From the NCBI GenBank assembly GCA_036172245.1, contig JAYWIR010000027.1:2914001-2978000 (forward strand): a DNA stretch of 64,000 bases, given 5' to 3'. Below, one piece after another: positions 13,801-26,750 of this stretch. This stretch comes from Raillietiella orientalis. Taxonomy: Eukaryota. The notes under the pieces were generated by a model. The model was not told the origin of the DNA, ran no database searches, and saw only the letters and a program-made list of their open reading frames with translations. Numbering within the stretch: the stretch's first letter is position 1; each line of letters begins with the position of its first letter. A program made the translations under genes and the position numbers.

Positions 13801-15548
13801 TTGATTGCCATTTTATTTAAGAACGCGCGGTTACATCCTTCCGGTTCTTTGTATAAACACAGCATGTTCTCTGTTATTTGTTTGGGCTGAGAATCCAAAA
13901 AAAAAAATCCCGAAGTCAACCCACTGCTCAATTTTTTCCACAAAGGTTGGCCCTTTTATTTAACACGGAATTGTCTTCCCCGTCAGATAATTCTTATTCA
14001 GATGTTCAGAGTGCACCCATCGAAATTAAGTTTATCATTAGATTAAGTTTATCAACAAATTGCTACAGGTTTAATCCGTCTGTACACTTGAAGGGCCACA
14101 AACGACCCGAATTGCGAGATCTTGTCATAAATTTGGTAATTTCTCCCGTTTCCTAATGTGAAATTTTCGAAGTAGTATCGAAATGTCGTGTCCGACCATT
14201 TTAGTTGCATTTTTGTTACAATTCTATGTTCGAAATTTTGATCCCACAACGGATTATTCCATTTTAATGTACATTATTTCGTATGAATCTTCACGTTGAC
14301 AAATGTTTTCCTGGAAACACGTTTAGATAAGGCAGAAACTCATTTTGTTGAAAGTCAAGTGTAAACGTATTGAGGTTACAAAATTCACAATTCTGCAGTA
14401 CAACGAATCATTTATGCACTGATCCTCAGCTGTTCTCTGGTTGCTGTTACATGTGATGTGTTTTTGGAACCCAAGCTGCAGTTCATTTAAACATAAACAG
14501 ATAAAACTACATAGCCCTGGCACATGTGATTTAACTACAGCATTATCATTGTATGTTTTTAGATTGCATGTCAGCAATTTTATGTACATGTAATTATAAC
14601 AAGGATACGTCCTAAAAAGAATTTTCGAAATGCTTCTCCAAGTAACTTAATTAATCTACTTGTGACTTCTGTAAATCATGAGCATATAATGATGTTATGA
14701 TGTAAAAACAAGAAAAGCCAAAAGTCATTGCCATTTCAAGCAACCATTCATGACATTGACAGAAATTAACATTATACAGCCAACAATGAAAAGGATAGTC
14801 TGTTTTAGCTAACTGACCAACTGATTGATTCGGTTAAGCTCTGAAAAGATGAAGTGATGATGGTTCCTTTATGCAATGATGTGAATGATACATAATAGCA
14901 GTTGTTAGGTTATTAGTGGATTGTTGAATATCTTGAATACAGGAGCAAATTTTCAAATTTGTAAACTTGTATTCTCATTTGAAATTCGAAATAGTTATTG
15001 AAATACTGATTTGAAGTTTCCTCGATTTGTGTTGCCACTTTTAAATAAACAGTACTTAAGAATATTTTTTTAAAACTTTATTGTGATGACTAAAATTTCT
15101 CAGAGGAGGATCAGTGCTCCAGGCTATGCTTAGTTCTCTTGTGGTGAAAGCATTGTAGTCTGTGCACAAAAATTGTGCTATTGTCATATTTTTGTGAATA
15201 TCATAGACCTTCCAAATACTTATATGCAAACTTTGAAGATCCCAACTAACTGTGCTATGTGATTTTGTAATGTGTGGACTGCAGTTATTGCCTTTTTTAA
15301 TTTCCTTTCACTGGATTTCAGATAACAAACTTTCACTGACAGTACTTATATAAACGTCTGCTGTGGATGATTGGCTTCTTAGGGGCGTTTCCTTGCCCCT
15401 AAGAGGCTACGTGTTCAATAAGTGAAACATAGGATTCACCTTTCAAATTTAGTAAATGATTATTGAGATTCAGAAGATTAATAGCCAAGTAAATTCACTG
15501 TTTAAGTTTGAAATACCAAAAAGCAACTGCAGTGCTAATCAAGATAAG

Positions 15549-18500
15549 ATGAATGAAGGTGATTGCAAGCAAAAAGCAATGCATCAATATGTTCAAGGTA
15601 ATTACAGTACAATTCTTTGGTTCATGCATAAAAGTTCACACAGGTATTGGTGCTGGATATAAATGCAATTTACAAGAAGATGGACTTCAACTTGTGAGTA
15701 GCTCTTTCATTGAATGGATTCTTAGAAAACCTTCCATAGGAAATCCAAGGTTTTACAAGATCCAGATGGAGAACAGGATGTACCTGGATAGCTGTGCTGC
15801 TCACTGGGGGATTACTTAGACTGTTGTTTTATTGGAAACCAGAATGGATGTTATATGTGACACACACCTGTTGTTCCTTGAAAAAAGCCAGTGTTGTAAA
15901 AGTTTTGGTACACATAGCCATCATCAATTAAATTCTTCATTAATTTGCTATTTAGGAATTGGACTCAAGACATCATAAGACAGCCCATGTGCATTCTGTG
16001 AAACTTTTTCCAGAAATATTGAGTGCACAAACCATGTCAGCGGGTGACTTCTCAGAAAAAGAATTAGTGCATTTCTGTAGCATTCTTCACAGTTACACTG
16101 TTCACATTCCTGATGCATTTCCTCATCCACAAGGTATTTGCGAATATTAACGTGATGTTACCACTTTCTCTGTTGCAGCAACAAAGTATTTTGTGCATAA
16201 GAAAATGAAGTACATACTAGATAAGGATTTGGGCACATTCTACCGGCTGCAGGGATTGGATTTCAGTATTACTGCTGAAGAGATCCATCATCCTCACATC
16301 CTGAATACGAGAGAACGAGAAAAAAGGTATAAAAACTTTAATTAAGAAACTTTAGTTTGTTAAGTGGTCACTGCTTTCCAGAAAAATCCTGTTTGGAAAC
16401 AACACAATCCATGTACCAGTACACAGTATTGGGCGTTTGCTCTTTCAGGAGGTTTTGCATCCCTTCTATGTGTTTCAGATGTTTTCAGTCATTCTTTGGT
16501 CCTTTGAAGCATATTATTACTATGCTGGAGTCATTGTAGTAATGTCTATATTGAGCATATGTCTGAGTGCTGCACAAACACGCCAGGTAAGTGCACCAAG
16601 TACATTACAATACATGTGACTTGTGATGCAGAATCAGCAAGCATTACAACGTACTATTGGTGGCTCTGAATTAGTAGAAGTCTTAAGACCAGGAAACATT
16701 TTAGAATCCATATCATCAGATCTTCTTGTTCCAGGGGACATTCTAGTGATCCCTAGTCATGGCTGCCAGCTATTCTGTGATGCAGTGCTCATGTGTGGCA
16801 TGTGCATTGTTAATGAGAGCATGCTAACAGGTTGGTAGTCACAGGCAAATTCCATCATTATGCTTTCTTCCAGGAGAGAGTGTTCCTGTCTGCAAAATGC
16901 CTTTTCCTGCACAACCTGCATCTGTTCCATATTCTGTGCGTGAACATGCACGCCATACTCTCTTTTGTGGCACTCAAATTATTCAGGCACGCTACTATGG
17001 TGGAGAGCGGGTGTTAGCCCGTGTGCTTCGTACCAGTTTTCTCACTACAAAAGGCGAGTTAGTTCGCTCTATTTTGTACCCTCGGCCTTCCCATCTCAAA
17101 TTTGATTCTGATTCGTATAAGTTTATATTGGTTTTATCAGCCATTTCATTATTGGGCTTCTCCTATTCCATTTTTATCAAGGTAAGCGTGCTTGGGAGAT
17201 AGGAGACTAATGACTTCTGCTTAGGTTGCACGAGGTGAACTTGCGTCTTCATTAATTGTCAGCTCATTGGATTTGTTCACTGTGGCCATTCCTCCAATGT
17301 TACCTGCAGCTATGACTGTGGGAACTCTTATTGCTGTATCCAGACTACGTCACATGTCCATCTTTTGTATCAGTCCCAGCGCCATTAACGTTTCTGGGGT
17401 ATTAGGATGTATTTGCTTTGATAAAGTAGGCTAAGATGTGGTATGATCCTCTTTCATCCTAAGACAGACAGGTACCATGACAGAAGATGGACTGGAATTG
17501 GTAGGGGTTCTACCATGTGAAGATAACATGGAACAAATGGTTAGAAAATCATCTGAACTTTCTCCAAGTGACATAATAGGTTTGGCTACATGTCATTCTC
17601 TTACAACAATCAGTGGAGAATTAATCGGAGATCCACTTGACATTCAAGTAAGAGTGGCCCACACAAATTTAATTTTTGGCGTAGATGTTTCAGTTTACAA
17701 AGTGCACTCTCCATGAACCTGAGGTAGCTGACAACGTCAAGTACGATCTAATGCTTTCGTCCACTATCAGTGGTATTCCAGGAGAGGAGGTAGGCAGTTA
17801 ATGCCCTGGCAATAAATCTGTTTGTAGGCAGAATTCGGTATTGTGAGGGAATTTCCCTTCTTATCTACCCTTCAGCGTATGAGTGTCATCGTTCGAAATT
17901 TAACTACTGGAGAATGCCATATCTATTGCAAGGGTTCTCCAGAAGCCATCTGCTCTCTGTTACTTCCAGATTCAAATTTGCCTGCTACATTTAGCAGTAA
18001 GCTAACAAGCTGTGCTCAGAATGGTTATCGAGTTCTTGCACTGGCTCATCGTTCCTTGTCAAAGATGTCTGCTACTAAAGTGCACAGGCTAACACGTGAG
18101 GAGGTGGAGAAAGATTTGCACTTACAGGTGCTGCTAATATTTGAAAATCATCTGAAGCCCGAAACTGTCTCAGTCATCCAGGAGATGCGTAATGCTGATT
18201 TCAGACTCATCATGATAACAGGTAAATCAGGAATCTAAATAAACAATGTTGCTGAATGGATGCAGGTGATAATCTCTATACTGCACTCAGTGTGGCAAGA
18301 GACTCTCATATGATTGATCCAGAAGATGAAGTGATTGTGATAAATTTAAAAAACAATAATGTTCAACCACCATTGGTGGAGTGGCTTAAGGAAGGAGTAG
18401 GAGAACCTGTGGCTAACCCATTGAATTTGCTCCAAACTCGCAAAAGCAAATTACACCTATGCATTTCTGGAAAAAGTTTTTCCTTGATACAGGATTGGTA

Positions 18501-19461
18501 CCCTCAGCTATTGCCCTATTTGGTATCTCATGGTACAGTCTTTGCTCGGATGAAACCTGATCAAAAGAAACAGCTGGTTCAACTGCTACAAGATATTCCA
18601 CAAAATTATGTGGGTAAGTCATGACAGTAGATAAGATGGTAGGGGATACATTATCTTTTGAAAGGCATGGTGGGAGATGGTGCTAATGACTGCGGTGCTT
18701 TGAAAGCTGCTCATGCTGGTATTTCACTCTCAGATACAGAAGCCTCTATTGCAGCACCATTCACATCCAGCAAACCTAACATTTCATGTGTTCCTAACTT
18801 GATTCGAGAGGGAAGAGCTGCATTGACTACTTCTTTCGGAATGTTCAAATTTCTTGCTGCATCCAGCTTAAATCAGTTCATCTCCATCCTCATTCTATAC
18901 ACACTGCATACTAATTTATCTGATTTGCAGTTTCTCTTTATTGACCTGTGCCTTATTACATCCATCTCATCATTGTTTGGCTCTCCTCAGACTTATAAGG
19001 GTCAGTTGGTTCCAGAAAGGCCCCCCTCCAGTCTGATATCTTTAAAACCAATTCTTTCTCTGATCACTCAGGTCATTTTGTTGTTTGGCTTCCAACTCTT
19101 TGCCTCTTACATACTTTGGAAGCAACCATGGTACAAACCGTCTTTGTCCACTCATGAAGGGACAGATTTCAGCTACGATACCTATACAGTGTTTATCATT
19201 TCCTGCTACCAGTACCTTACTCTGGCAATTACATACTCCAAATCAAAACCATTTCGTAAACCAATTTATACAAGTGCATTGCTGAGTATGTCTTTCTTTC
19301 TTCTGTTTTTAGCTATCACATATATGGCAATTTATCCATCTAATCTTGTTGTATATTATTTGGAGCTCAAGTTACCCCCAGAATTTGGTTTTCGTATGAT
19401 CCTAGTAACATTGGCATTGGCTCATTTCTGGATGGCCATTTTCACAGAATCTAGATTGTGA
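15549..19461 (+). CDS. P5B-type cation/polyamine-transporting ATPase (ATP13A2/ATP13A3-like), about 14 exons
   Basis: EIQGFTRSRWR...LLFYWKPEW, EVLHPFYVFQ, LVPGDIL, NESMLTG|ESVPV, HTLFCGT, PPMLP, CFDK|TGT (intron 17426-17467), GDPLDIQ|MF, FPFLSTLQRMSVI, KGSPE, MITG|DN, FARMKPDQK, GDGANDCGALKAAH and DLQFLFIDL. The start could instead be the in-frame ATG at 15456. Confidence 0.95.
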
Positions 19462-21049
19462 TATGTATACCTCGCATTAAGCCATGCGTTTGTAAATTTT
19501 CTAAACCCAGAAATTCAGCGGAAAGGGAAGAAATTGACTTAATGTAATAGAATCATAGAGTACGATTGACATTCACAACACAAATGTTAGTATTTTTTTA
19601 AAGTATGTAAAGTAGCCGTTTGCTTAATAAAATTTGAAATGCTTTAAGAACTTATTTATTCTGAGCCATTTGGGCCAAGGTTAGATTCACTGATTTCTTT
19701 CGACAAGTCCAAAAAAAGAAAAAAGGCTAAGAAGGAAACTTTACCTGATTCCCGGCAGGCATGGCCGTGTCGCAAATGCCCGGCGATTACGCAACTTCCT
19801 CAGCACGAAGACAGCAAATCCACGTAAACATTTTCGTGAATTTAGGAAAGCGAGGCAGCAGTGCTCCCTCCGAGGCGGAACTGGAAAGTAACGGGGCATT
19901 TTCTGGTTTTCTAGGTTACGGGAAACTGACCGACAGAGTTTCGAATGCGCTGCAGCCGAACATCCAGGTACTCGGGATCTTCTTGTTGAAGTACATAGCC
20001 CCCCCCCCCCCTCTCCCAGAAGTACAGAGGTAGGTTCGGAATCTGGAAAACGAAAATTTCCAAACAGCCACCTTGAGCTGAATTTTGAGCTGAAGGCGAC
20101 GAGTTGCCTGGGCTCGATTCTGGGATTCTTTGACCCCATGTCATTTGGCTCATTTCTGGATGGCTCACTCGAAACCAACTGAGTTTCCACCAATTCGAGT
20201 GAAGATGTGCATGCAGGAAGATCCGTCGAAGAGCAATCTCTTGGGAAGGATTTGTATTCTCACCGCAACGTCCTCCTCATGATTCTGCCAATTGCGTTTT
20301 AATTCCTTGAAGTTTGCTGAAAAAAGTAGGATAACTGATAACATTTACTAATGCATGATGTTAACCTTCTAATTAACACTGGATTCACCCAGTTCCGCAC
20401 TGCATTCATGGACTTTTATTTTTATTCAGCATGCAAGTTCACATATCCAGAGGTGATGGTGAGTTTTTGGCTCGGTGGATCTCTACCAGTTTCGTGTCAC
20501 AACTGCTATCACGTCGCAAGCGGTGGTCGAATCAGCGTGGTCAATGCCCAAGGTGGCGGTCAGTGTTTCTGAAGCACAGGACACTGAACACTGAACATCA
20601 GAAAGGCGGGTTTCCATTATTTTCTTGAAGATAATAAGTTCTCTTTGAAATCCGACCGTGCATTTTAATGACCGTCTCCTGAAGTAAAGCGAGTCTCTTC
20701 ACCAATCTTCTTCACCACGAGTTCGCTGTCTTTCAAGCTGTCTCCTTGAATTACCGATATCACTTTTTATCATCCAAGCAAATTAAACATCCGGAGACAG
20801 AATCATAGAGATTTTAAACATCAATTGGGTTCCCGTGGAGTTCGTTTACAAGAGCTGCAGCGTGCTCAAAACTAAAGTACCATTTCTACTTTTAAGATGC
20901 AGTTGTCATGCGCACGATCTTTAAGGGAAGAATAAGTAAATAAATAAACAAACAGCAATCAATATATTGCCTCTGTTGTCTATCGAATGCTTAGTTTTGA
21001 TGCCAAGAAGTAATTATGTTGTAACCCCCTGAAACTTCGTGCTCTATTG

Positions 21050-21290
21050 GATTCTAAACCTTCGAGACCTCGTTAGAACTGACAAGATCAGAGGTCCATC
21101 GAACTGACTCCGAACTGTGACCAGTTCGTGTTCGTCTTTCCCGTCCTATTCCTATGTGTTCGTCAAGTTTGTGATTCGATTCCTGTATTTCCTGTTTAGA
21201 CCAACGATGTAGGCCATCAGGCCCAAGCAGTCTTGCTCTTGATACTCGCTCTTGATAATTCATTTCCATTCGTGTAATTTGCATTCATTA
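21050..21290 (-). mobile_element. CR1-type LINE 3' fragment
   Basis: MNYQERVSRARLL...RRTRTGHS matches the CR1 ORF2 C-terminal Y.ERL..L.L ... RTRGH pattern. Confidence 0.4.
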
Positions 21291-22749
21291 ACTACTTTCT
21301 ATTATAGGACCCTTGCATGTTTAGCTCGAGAAGGATGGACTTGAGCAACATTCAAACCAGACTGCAGGCTTTTTATTAAGAGCAGACGTTAAGTGAAAGT
21401 TGAACGAATGACCTGAGAAATTATCATTATTTTTTTCATTTATTAATCAGTACAGACTCCCCCCCCCTAAAGAATATTTTATGTCTCTGTTCTAACTACA
21501 ACGTAAAAGGCATATTTATTTTGATTTTATAAGGAGAAAAATATTAAGAATGTCCTCCTACTGTGGTGAGAAAATTTCACTCGGATTTCCAAGTTTGTCG
21601 CTAAGCCAACTGCAATGAAGTCTTGGATGCGCAGGAATAACACGAAATGGCATCCTTCTTCACACAAGAAAAGCTACCCAGGATGAGCATCAGTGTCATC
21701 TAAACAGTCCAAATTTACTAAGCGCGAAGCTGTACTGCGTAGAGGCAAACTTTTCGGGAGATACATTTTCTGCCCTGGTTTCAACTATCTATTTGGTAGT
21801 AGTTTTCTGACACCGAAGGGATTCCACTGATCCCACAATATATGCACGAAGCAGGATCACCTGCTTGATGCAAGTATTATGAAATCATTCTCCACGGGCA
21901 CTTCGGCATCGGTTCAGCTTCCCTCTACGACATAACGTTGTGTCCATTTTTTTATCCATGTACTTTTCATGATCTTCCATTGTCCTATCGAAATTTAAAT
22001 TTTTGTTCTATTTTCGCAAACTTTGATCTGAGACAAAAAGGTGGTTTTGCTCATAACGGGCAACCCTGCTAGCTCTTTGATGTCGGTGTGCAAGCTTCCG
22101 GAAGCCATGGATATCGTTTTATGATTCACAAACTGCACAGGAGTACCTGCTGCAAAAGAATTCCGTGACTCACAAGTTTAGAGATGCAACGTTCCAGTAT
22201 TTTCCGCGCGGTATCGTTCGCTATGAAATAATCAGGCATCGATCATTTTTCTGCTTTTGTTTTTCAGAAAGTATCTCCCTGAACACTTCCAGGATGCAGC
22301 TCTCGAAATACGCCTTTCTATACACATCATTACTGCTTTTGGGTTCCGCACATTTCACTTTGAAGAAATTAAGAAAATCGCGCATATCAAAATCACGGAG
22401 GACTCGTCGTCACCTTTGCACCAGAGAGCCTGTGATCGCACAAGAAACAGTGTGGCCGGGAAGTGGCAATCCATCTCGAGCTAGAAGCGGAGGCAGATGG
22501 CATCTCGAGGCATAACGGCGGAGCGAGCGTTACAGTGGCAAGGGAAGCACAGACAGTCGAAACGACGAGCTGGGGCGAGCAAAGAAAGATCGGGCATCTC
22601 TAGCTACGGAGAAGGGAACAGGAGATTCCGATCCGAAGTGCGTGGAAGAAGCAAAGCCCGTTTCTAATAGGGTGAAGTCATCTAGACAGACCAAGACTAA
22701 AGCTGAAAGGTAAGCACAAAGATAAGCTGGATTTTTATTTGCAAACTTC

Positions 22750-25700
22750 AACGTGGGGACCACTTGGACAACGGAGGAGACCAATATGGAGGACGCTGGT
22801 CATCCTCGAAAACTGGACAGCGTGAGTTTCTTCAAGGAGCCTCATGTTCTCCAGGAACGAATCCCGTTCCCCGGGGGCATGGTGCAGCAGAAGAAACTTT
22901 GCTGTGGAACCAATCAGAACGAGTTGCGGATCCGGCCTTCGAGGCAACATCTTCGCACGACTTTCGCGTTTCGTCCCCATCCAAGGAGTTCCTTTCATGG
23001 TGGCTACGGGGCGTTTCTTTATGAAAAGGATAAACCAACAGGCAAACCAACAACGCAGTTTCCAGAAACAGCAAAAAGAGATTCGGAGGCAGGGTTCACC
23101 GGCACGCAGGCTGGGTTCTCCAGAGAAAGTCAGGAGAAGGAGAAGGAGGAGGGAGACAAATGGATAAAAGAAAAGGAAAGGAGGGTAGGGGCAGGGGGTT
23201 GTTGACCTGAGCTGCCCTTCCCTTCCTGGACCCGGAGCTGCATGGTGGAGACCTCTCTGGAGACTTCTTGGAGGTGAGGGCGCACCCGCAGCCATCCTTA
23301 TCGAGGGCACCGCAGTGCGCGTGGCGCCTCCCTTCGTTGCCGCGCCCGATACTCCAAGTGGCGGGCCACGGCGAAAGTGCGGAGGGCGCAACGCACCGTC
23401 GCCATCGCGGCGCCCGCCGAGAGCCCGACGTGCCTGAGGAACCACAGCAGCCGGTCTCTTGCAGTGACCTCCTTCAGGCGGGTCACTTGCTGGGGTCGTC
23501 CGAGGCGGAAGGGAAGGGGTCGCTCCTGCTAGCTCGGTGGCGGCGATGCCGACGGCGGTGCCGGGGCCTACGAGCCGACCTTTTCTTCCCGACGAGGCAA
23601 CCTCGCGGCCGTCCTCATGCGGGAGCCCCTCCTTCGGCCCGCCACACGCCCGAGACCCCGGCAGGCCATGACGACGGTGAGGAAGGCGCAACGCGTCGTC
23701 GCTGCGTCCCTTTCGAAGAATCGCCGCAGCAGGTCACGGACGGCGTCCCCGGTACGGAAGAGCGCCGACGGCGATGGCGTCCGCGTCCCCCGCTGCGGTC
23801 CGTCAGGAGACGCGCTCCCCCCCCCGCACCTGGAAAAGCAGTTGTGACCTCCATCTGCTTGGTCCTGCGCGGAAGTGGGACGGATCTACCGGAGTGGGGC
23901 ATAGGGAGGCTACAGTCCTCCGGTGAGGAAGAGATCTGCTTGCGCGGAAGGGAGGGGGGGGGGGTAAAAAGGGAGGGTGGAGCGCCCGGCGAACGATGGA
24001 ACGGAACACAGTATGTTCGTATCTGCAGAGGTATTCCCAGCACCCATCAGTTGGGGGTCCTTGGGGCTACGGGTACAGGACAGAGGAAGTCGTCCGACTG
24101 CTGCTGGTTCTCCCCGTTTGCAGAAGACGCTTTTTTTTTTCCGGCGCCACTCTAGTGCAAGAATGGCAGCTTTGATGCCGTTGACCAGAAGTTCGTTTTC
24201 GAGCAACCTTTCGGCTTGCAGTTACTCAGCAGCAGCAGCAGAAAAAGAGAACTTTTCTGTTATCCCATGGCGCCGAGGGCGAAACTAGGGCTCAGAGCTG
24301 GGATTCCCCTCCACCCCAACCCTCAAGTTTTCGAGGAAAGGACGGTGGGGTCGTTTCCACAGCCGTCATCGGCCTGGGGCGCCCTCCGGGAGCCGTGTTC
24401 GGGGCCACTGTATGCGGAGGGCACCACGAGAGAGTTCATGGCTGCGGCGACGCGGAAGCCAACCGCCCAGCAGCCGCCTCTAAGGGGAGGAGCAAACCCC
24501 ATGCGTCCCAGGAAGTCGTAGGCGAAGTCGTTCACGCCATCCGGGAGGCCGCGGAGAAGGAGCAGCGGGCGCTTCCAGAGACCCATGTCCCCTCCCTTTC
24601 CTCTCCATCTCTTCGTTTTTTGATCGTCCCCTCACTTCCGTTCCGGACACTGTTTGCCTGGCCGGCGAACCCTCGACGGAGAACTTTCCCTTGGCAACGC
24701 GGTTCCCAAGTCTTCGTGTGTTTCATCTTTAAAGAAAGTAACTCTCGGGCGGGACTGGATGAGACGTCTTCGAGGAATGCCCTGTGCAACCCCAGATGTC
24801 GCTGGACCACGATCCTCCGTCACGGTGCCTGGGAAACGCGAGCAGCCGGAGGGCGATCTCTGTCCGTGATCCCACGCTGCTGCCTCCGGTCTCCCCTTCC
24901 ATTCTCAGCTGCTGAATCCCTCTTTCCGGGGAAGTGCCGTCGCGCGCCCTCCCCTTCCTTCTCGATCCGTCCTTCCTTTCTCGGAAGCGCTCGCTTGCTG
25001 CATTTAGGCCTGTCCCCTCAGGGTCCTTCTTGGTTTCTGCCGCTCACCGTCGCTGCTGCCTCATGGATTTTTCTTTCTCCCACGAGCACCGAGAGGCAGT
25101 CTCGGCGTGACTACGACCCCCAAGATCGCGGCACTCCTGCGGACCGCTGTGGCACCCCCCCCCTTCTCCGTCCCAGAACCAGTTCGTGCTCTTCCTTTCT
25201 GATGCTCCTCCAAACGAGCGGGATGACTCGTTCGGAAGCGCGGGATACGCGAGTCATTTCTGGAGAGGGGTGAATGCGCATGCATTCCACCAGGGAGGAG
25301 CACGGAAAAGCCTGCGTTGACCTCAGCGCGCGGCACTGCCCGTCACAAATTCCAATCCTAGCTGGGGAGAAGCAGCGACGCCGAGAACGGGGGGGTGGGG
25401 TACGTCGCGGGTTTCGAGTCCCACCCGGAAGATGGCTCTGGTTGGCGTGGTCGGGAGCGGCGGCACTGGTGGAGGCCGGAAACCCCCGGGTGTTCCCGCA
25501 AGCTGTCCGGGACTGGGAGTTGACCCTCCGGGGCGCTTCCGGGACATCAAGGAGTCCTTCGGGGCTGTTCCTCTTCGGTCGCTAAATGGGAACCAGTCCA
25601 TGGATCTGGTTGATAACACCCTCTCCAGAGTGTCAAGAAGTGCGCTGTTTCTTCCGGGGAACACCCTTCAGGAAAATCGGAGAAGCATCCCTTCGTGGGC

Positions 25701-26750
25701 GAACACCAAAAGCAGCTGCCTTGCCAGGGTCCCTCTGAAGAAGAAATTCTAGTAGTGGACCATTTCCAGGTTCCCCCGGAGCGGAAACGCGAAGCGGTCT
25801 CCTCCGGGGGCTCCTTCCGGAGAGAACAAGAAGGAGGCAGTTCCCTCTGGTACCACCAGGGAGAGGATTTTCCCTTCGAGGTTCCCCTGCCAAGCGTTAG
25901 AGGAAAGAAATTTTTTCCTATGGAGCCTTCCTGGATTCATAGAGTGGTCCGTTCGAAGTCACCCCCTCTATATCGAAGAGTCACACACGCACCCTCGGGT
26001 GGCGTGGAACGGTGTTGAAAGAGTTCGTGAGCCGCCTCCAAGGAGGTGAAAGGTTCCTCAGCACCCCTTGAGAACCAAGAAAAAAACCGAAAAAAAGAAA
26101 AGGCTGGAAGTAAAGCAGCGAAGACAGAAGAACGCCAAGGGATTCTCATCATGTGAGATGACCTCCCTGAGGGACGCAAGGGATAGAGTAATCCCGGCAG
26201 GGTGGGAAGTGAAGAAGAAGAAACTTCAGAGAGCGTGAACAATTAGGGAAGTGACGGACGCTGCGACCACGATTGTCCCACCTCAAGGACTTGTAAGCTG
26301 GAGGGAGCTGCTTGGCATCCTTCCGGAGGAAGTCAAACGGCTCCCAGCATGATGGAGTAGTGGCTCCTTCCCCCCCAGCATGGTGGAGTAGTGCCGGCAG
26401 CTGGCGTTGCTGGTGGCGCACTGGGGAATCCCGTGAAAAGCGCGCCTTCACAGTTGGACACGGTGCGTGCAGTCAGCTCCGCGGGCTCAGCTCACAACGA
26501 GTCAATCTGTTACCAGACGGTGTTCTCAAGGAACCGGGAATCTTAATAACGCCCATGGAAAGAGACCTCCTCTGCATTCGTATCCGGACTCCACTTGCTG
26601 CTTTACACAGAGCCTCGAGCATGTACGACAGGAACCTTAGCAATCCGAAAATCAGCCTCCTGGAATTTGAGCTTTTCGGCACAATGCAGCTGAAAACCAC
26701 CTCCTACGCAAACCCACCTTTAGGGATTCACAACTAGGATGGCTTAGGAT
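22750..26750. mobile_element. Cluster of nested and inverted L1/Tx1-like relics (mostly spacer and ORF1 pieces)
   Basis: GC-rich block. Family spacer motif at ~23098-23115 (-), ~24626-24672 (+) and ~25875-25890 (-). GCCACCATG start (~22998, -) followed by IGSTAKFLLLHHAPG; PAAILIEGTAVRV (~23285-23325, +) resembles LPHKLVVAGETVDL in the ORF1 at 59897-60865. Confidence 0.45.

Noticed and set aside
14846..15010. Box C/D snoRNA (GTGATGA)
   Set aside because: No suitably spaced D box or terminal stem.
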